A DNA stretch of 63,870 nucleotides from Aplysia californica (Eukaryota): positions 131 through 64,000 of the forward strand of contig NW_004797831.1 in the NCBI RefSeq assembly GCF_000002075.1, given 5' to 3'. Both the position numbers and the translations under genes were made by a program. Shown here piece after piece: positions 59,402-63,870 of this stretch; positions within the stretch are counted from its first letter, which is position 1, and each line of letters begins with the position of its first letter. Under the pieces are notes generated by a model, which saw only the letters and a list, made by a program, of their open reading frames with translations, did not search any database and was not told where the DNA came from.

Positions 59402-62400
59402 GGGGGGGGAGAAAGAGAGAGTTCCAAGATATCGAGCAAGTTGCATCACTAGCGTTTTGCCTTCTAATCTATGATGATACACTCTACCACAGTACTATCC
59501 TACGCTGTAGCCTGTGTTGTAAACATGAACTCTTTGACCTTGAGCCAGTGGACAGTCGGTGGAGAAGTACGTGGGGCGGCCCGTTCCCAGTCTACTGCTC
59601 GTTATTGTCACCTCTCTATCCTAATTATCTTTTTTATAGTAGAGGGTTTTACGGCGCTCGCAACTGTATAAGGTCATATGAGCGCCAAGGGGGGTGGGGG
59701 TGGGGGGTGGGGGGTGGTGTCAACAGAGAAGTCTTAACAGGGAATCCTAATTATGTGTCGCACCTGGCCAAAAGTACGGTCATTATGCTGACTCATGGCT
59801 TTCTTGACCCTTTAACTCACTGAACCGCGCTGCAACACAATAAGGTCATATAAGTGCTGAAGATTACAGGTGTTACAAGAGAGTAACAAACACAAAAAAA
59901 AGATTAAGGAGGGGAGATCAGGACGATAGATGTTTGGCAGGAAAGAAGGAGCAAACCACACCAGAGCACCCGCCAACCACCCACAAGCAATAAGACTTAC
60001 TAAAAGAACCGCACTGTTTTCGGTCACTTTAAAAGAACACGCATAACTTAGAAATTCATATATACCGATTTTTCATTTCCGCATTCTTTATCTGAACTTT
60101 AAAAACCTGGGAACAACATAATGCGTAGGGGCCTACCATGAAATTTACAAATTTGTGTTGCTTATTTATTTCTGTAAGGTGGCTCTAAATGTGCCGCCGC
60201 AACATTCCCTTCAGTCTTCTGCTGGTCAGACTCATGTATCCGTTACGCCATTAAAGATAAAGAGTTAACTCTTTATACTTTATAGTAAACGGCGAGCCTG
60301 TTCAGCGGGTACACAGCATCACTGTTGTTTAGTCATTCATTATAACCAAAATCTATCAAACCTTGTAGTAAATCCATCTTATCTTAAATAATTATTCAAA
60401 CTGTATGTTTACTTCTTGGATCATTCATTTCTGCTCAGTGAGGGTGTTTATTTTATGCAAATAGGCTAAACAGGAGCGGAGTTACAGGGAACTTTGTGAG
60501 GCTGAAAACTTGGCAGATAATGTTGGCTGCTTACAAACGAGGAATGGCCTTCTGTATACGGTACTAAAAGTTAGGCCATAGCTGCAAGCGCACTGTTTTG
60601 GTTGAGTGAACAAAAGCACAGACACAATATCGGTCATTAAGTGCAGTGAAAAAGAAAGACATGACAGACAGACAAAAACAACAGAGGGAAAGAAAAGAAG
60701 TAGGACCTACAAGCGGCGCCCTCCAACCACCCACACTCTTTTTTGTATCACTCAGACTCTGATAAACATTCCAGAGTTGTCACTTGAAAAATGGACACAT
60801 TTGTTTTTCACATTTAACTGCGTAAGAGTAGTACACCACAGAAGTTACTGCACTCAAATTTATACTCGTCATGTATCTGCAGAACAGGATGACTTGGGTC
60901 ATGCAAAATCAGGAACAGAGACAAAAGTTTAACTGGAATAGCACAAACAAATAAAGCGGAATCAGCTGAAACCGATCATGATCAATCTGAAAACTGCGGT
61001 TAACCGAAAGAAAACAGAGCCTAAATTTTTGTCTTAGCTGTTTGAGCATCCTCTCTAAACTGAAAACGCAGTTAAGTCTGAAGAAAATCTTGTGGTCCCA
61101 CAGATTTCGGTGTCAGCAGACTCCACTGTAAAAATCAATTGAAATGAAAAGAAAATGGGTCTGTGACAGTATGCAATAGATTCAGATGAAAGATATCTTG
61201 TCTTTCTATCAAAATGCTACTTTTACAAAACATAATTTCAAACAGTACACATGTTTTTACTTCTTGATCAGTTCATACAAAAGAGTCTGAGAGTATCAAT
61301 TTATTGCAGTTCTTGGCTCCTTTATTTAATTGCATAATATTTCAACATTCTCATCACAAGAACATTCATTTCATGAAAACGAAAAAAGATGTTCACACAT
61401 TTGCATTCCATGCATTTTGTTAACCCACAGGACTATTCCTATCTCTGTGAGATGTATCATGCATGTAAATCTGTAAGTAAAAAACTTGGGAGATTTTGAT
61501 GGCGGTGTGAATAAACTTTCAGTATTCACCTATGAATCTTTTGTGGCAAGTGTTTTTCAGCAGTGTGCAGTCCTAAAACATTACTTGTGCTCCAAATATT
61601 CTATGTTTCTAAAGTTTTAAAAACATATGTATATTATTTGTATAGAGGCAAAATCTGGAGGTACTCATAATATGGTTCACAATTTCAGGAAATTTTAAAA
61701 CTTGAAAGCAAAAAGCACAATGCCATTGCACTGATGTAAAATACACATGAATGTTATTAAATCTCAATGAGAAACATATACATTTTTTAGGGACCCTTTT
61801 TAAAAAATCACATTGCAATCTCATAGGAATGTAGGAATCATTTCAGCAACAGAGGAAATATTGAAGGTAATTGTACACATGATCTCAACATGGGCAAAAA
61901 AAGGAAGCCCAGATCCTTGAAAGTGAGATATTATACAAGACAAAAAACAAAGGAGATAAAACTGGGAATCCGCACTGGCGTAATACAGTACTTTTTTTCT
62001 TCTGCATAATGTAGAAATATAAATTGATAGAGGGTAATTTCCAATGATTTCAAAATACAATGAAACCTAAAATAAAAGGATGCAACAACTCAGAATCATT
62101 TATGATTAAATTTATAGAAATCTTTGTAGACCATCACTGGTAACATAACAACACTATTTTATCACTGGTATGAATAGCAACACAGAATGCTCTTATTCAT
62201 AATAAAATCCTGAAAAGAAAAGCTCCAAGAAAGAACCGTTACAAGGAATTCCTGAAGGCCAAAATGCCCACACTTAATACAACGACAGTACATATGTTCA
62301 CACAAACAAGACTATATTTTCTCCACTTCATCTGCCATTGACTTGTCTCGGAGATCTTAAAAATATCCCTATCCAAGACAAAAACCTTTGCATGCATGCT

Positions 62401-63510
62401 AGGTGAGTGATAGGGCGAAACACAATCTGAAACCCAGACAAATTTAGTTCTGGAAGAGTATGATCAAAATTAATGGCGGTAAATTTTTTCTTTCACATCC
62501 GCACCCCCATGCACTGCTTTTGGTTGTGGAACGAACACACATATAGCCAATAAAATTGTCGCATATCAATTACTTTCAAGAAAATTTCAAACATGAAACA
62601 TCTTAGATTTTTTGTACCTCAGAATGGGGCTACCCTCTGAAATCTCCAAGATTTAAAAAAAAGGTGAGACATAAGCACTTAGGTCCAGTGCAATATAGTT
62701 CTAATAAAAAATCAACTAAAATTTAAAAACAATTTGTGATGGTTTTAAAGTCAAAATTTGTGCAAAACGGGATAAAAAAGAACTTTAAAAGTTCAGTACA
62801 ATACCCAGGCACGAGATGGGAGTGAAAGTAAAATATTAGCTTAACTGTTTGAAACATTGTTTCTGTCATTGTAATCTCATTTATCAGGAGTATATATTAT
62901 GTCATCTGGACTATTTTGACAATAGAATACAAAGAAGTGATAACTGTGACAAGAAATACATCATGTAGTTGTGCGATATGGTAAAATGTATATATAACAC
63001 ATGACCTTTAGCTGCTCTTGAAGTCATTCAATGAAAGAAAGAAAAAGTAAATAAAATAAAATTACCACAAAATGTAAATGCATTAACTATCCATTCCTTA
63101 GAATTATATTCATCAACAAACAAGATAATCTGCTAATTAGAGGCATACTGCTGTAGGTTGGTGCTTTTTCTCTGATCTATGCTTCCGTTGTCAAGGGCGA
63201 GATTCTATAAATGCATCGTAGAGAAGTTAGCTGGATTGACCAATGGACTCCTCAGATAACAGATAAAAATAGCAAGTAACCTGGGTGTTCAAAAGATTTT
63301 TATAATTTTAATACAGGAAAATGTTTTTGTAAAATTTCAATGATAATGACCACATAAATAAAAATAATAGGCTAATAATAATAATAATAGTAATAACAAT
63401 AAAAAATTATTATAACATAACAGCAACAGACAAATAACACACTTTTAAACACAGATTTTCAGATCTTAGAGAGGAGGCACACACGGTTAATGTTAACAAT
63501 TTCTGTAACT

Positions 63511-63640
63511 TTAACTAGCTCTCAGATCTTCTGGGGTGTCTGGCTGCCTGAAGGCGTCCCCAGCAATGACGGCCGGTAACTTGATCAGCTCTTCATACAC
63601 CCTCATTATCACAGGGTAATTCTTAACGTCAACACCAAAT
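63511..63640 (-). CDS. GSTZ1: Glutathione S-transferase zeta / maleylacetoacetate isomerase, last coding exon (rest lies beyond the window)
   Basis: Acceptor tttgtttcag, then (R)FGVDVKNYPVIMRVYEELIKLPAVIAGDAFRQPDTPEDLRAS*. This matches the zeta-class C-terminus RF.VD...YP...RQPDTP..LRA. Too short to appear in the ORF track. Confidence 0.88.
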
Positions 63641-63870
63641 CTGAAACAAAACAGACGTGTCAAAAATAAATGTTAAAATATGTACACACACACACGCACG
63701 TACATATATATCTATATATCACAACAAACAAACTTTGAAAAGCTGTTTTGAATTCAAATTACAGAGATGCTTCTTAAACTTTCCTCATTTGAATCAGAAC
63801 TTCTTTGAAAAAAAAAAGTATTCTTTTTAAAGAAACCACCACCTATCACTTTCATTTGGATTTAGTTACT

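Noticed and set aside
58353-59482. ORFs of 330-370 aa in the ORF track
   Set aside because: Artefacts of reading through the N gap.

Overview
Eukaryotic (animal) genomic DNA: AT-rich and intron-rich, with three assembly gaps. The gene set and SINE types suggest a lophotrochozoan, probably a gastropod mollusc (inference only). I reconstructed four spliced genes by hand from GT-AG sites and reading frame: Rab1 (minus strand, 7 coding exons, 205 aa), TMEM179 (plus, 4 exons, 225 aa, head-to-head with Rab1), a CCDC85-family gene (minus, 8 coding exons, 961 aa, with a ~600-aa low-complexity tail in one terminal exon) and the last exon of GSTZ1 (minus). The rest is rich in mobile elements. These include a dead THAP/P-superfamily transposon with a Galileo-like 7-bp GTAnTAC target duplication, a hAT-like element nested in a Merlin-like MITE in Rab1 intron 1, and Tigger/pogo-, MuDR-, piggyBac- and Kolobok-like MITEs. 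There is also an RNase H LINE fragment, many short retroelements that share one 3' tail, and several minisatellites. I found no CRISPR array or prokaryote-type system. The best candidates for something new are the CCDC85 tail, the modular retroelement family, and TE termini lying at intron branch-point positions.
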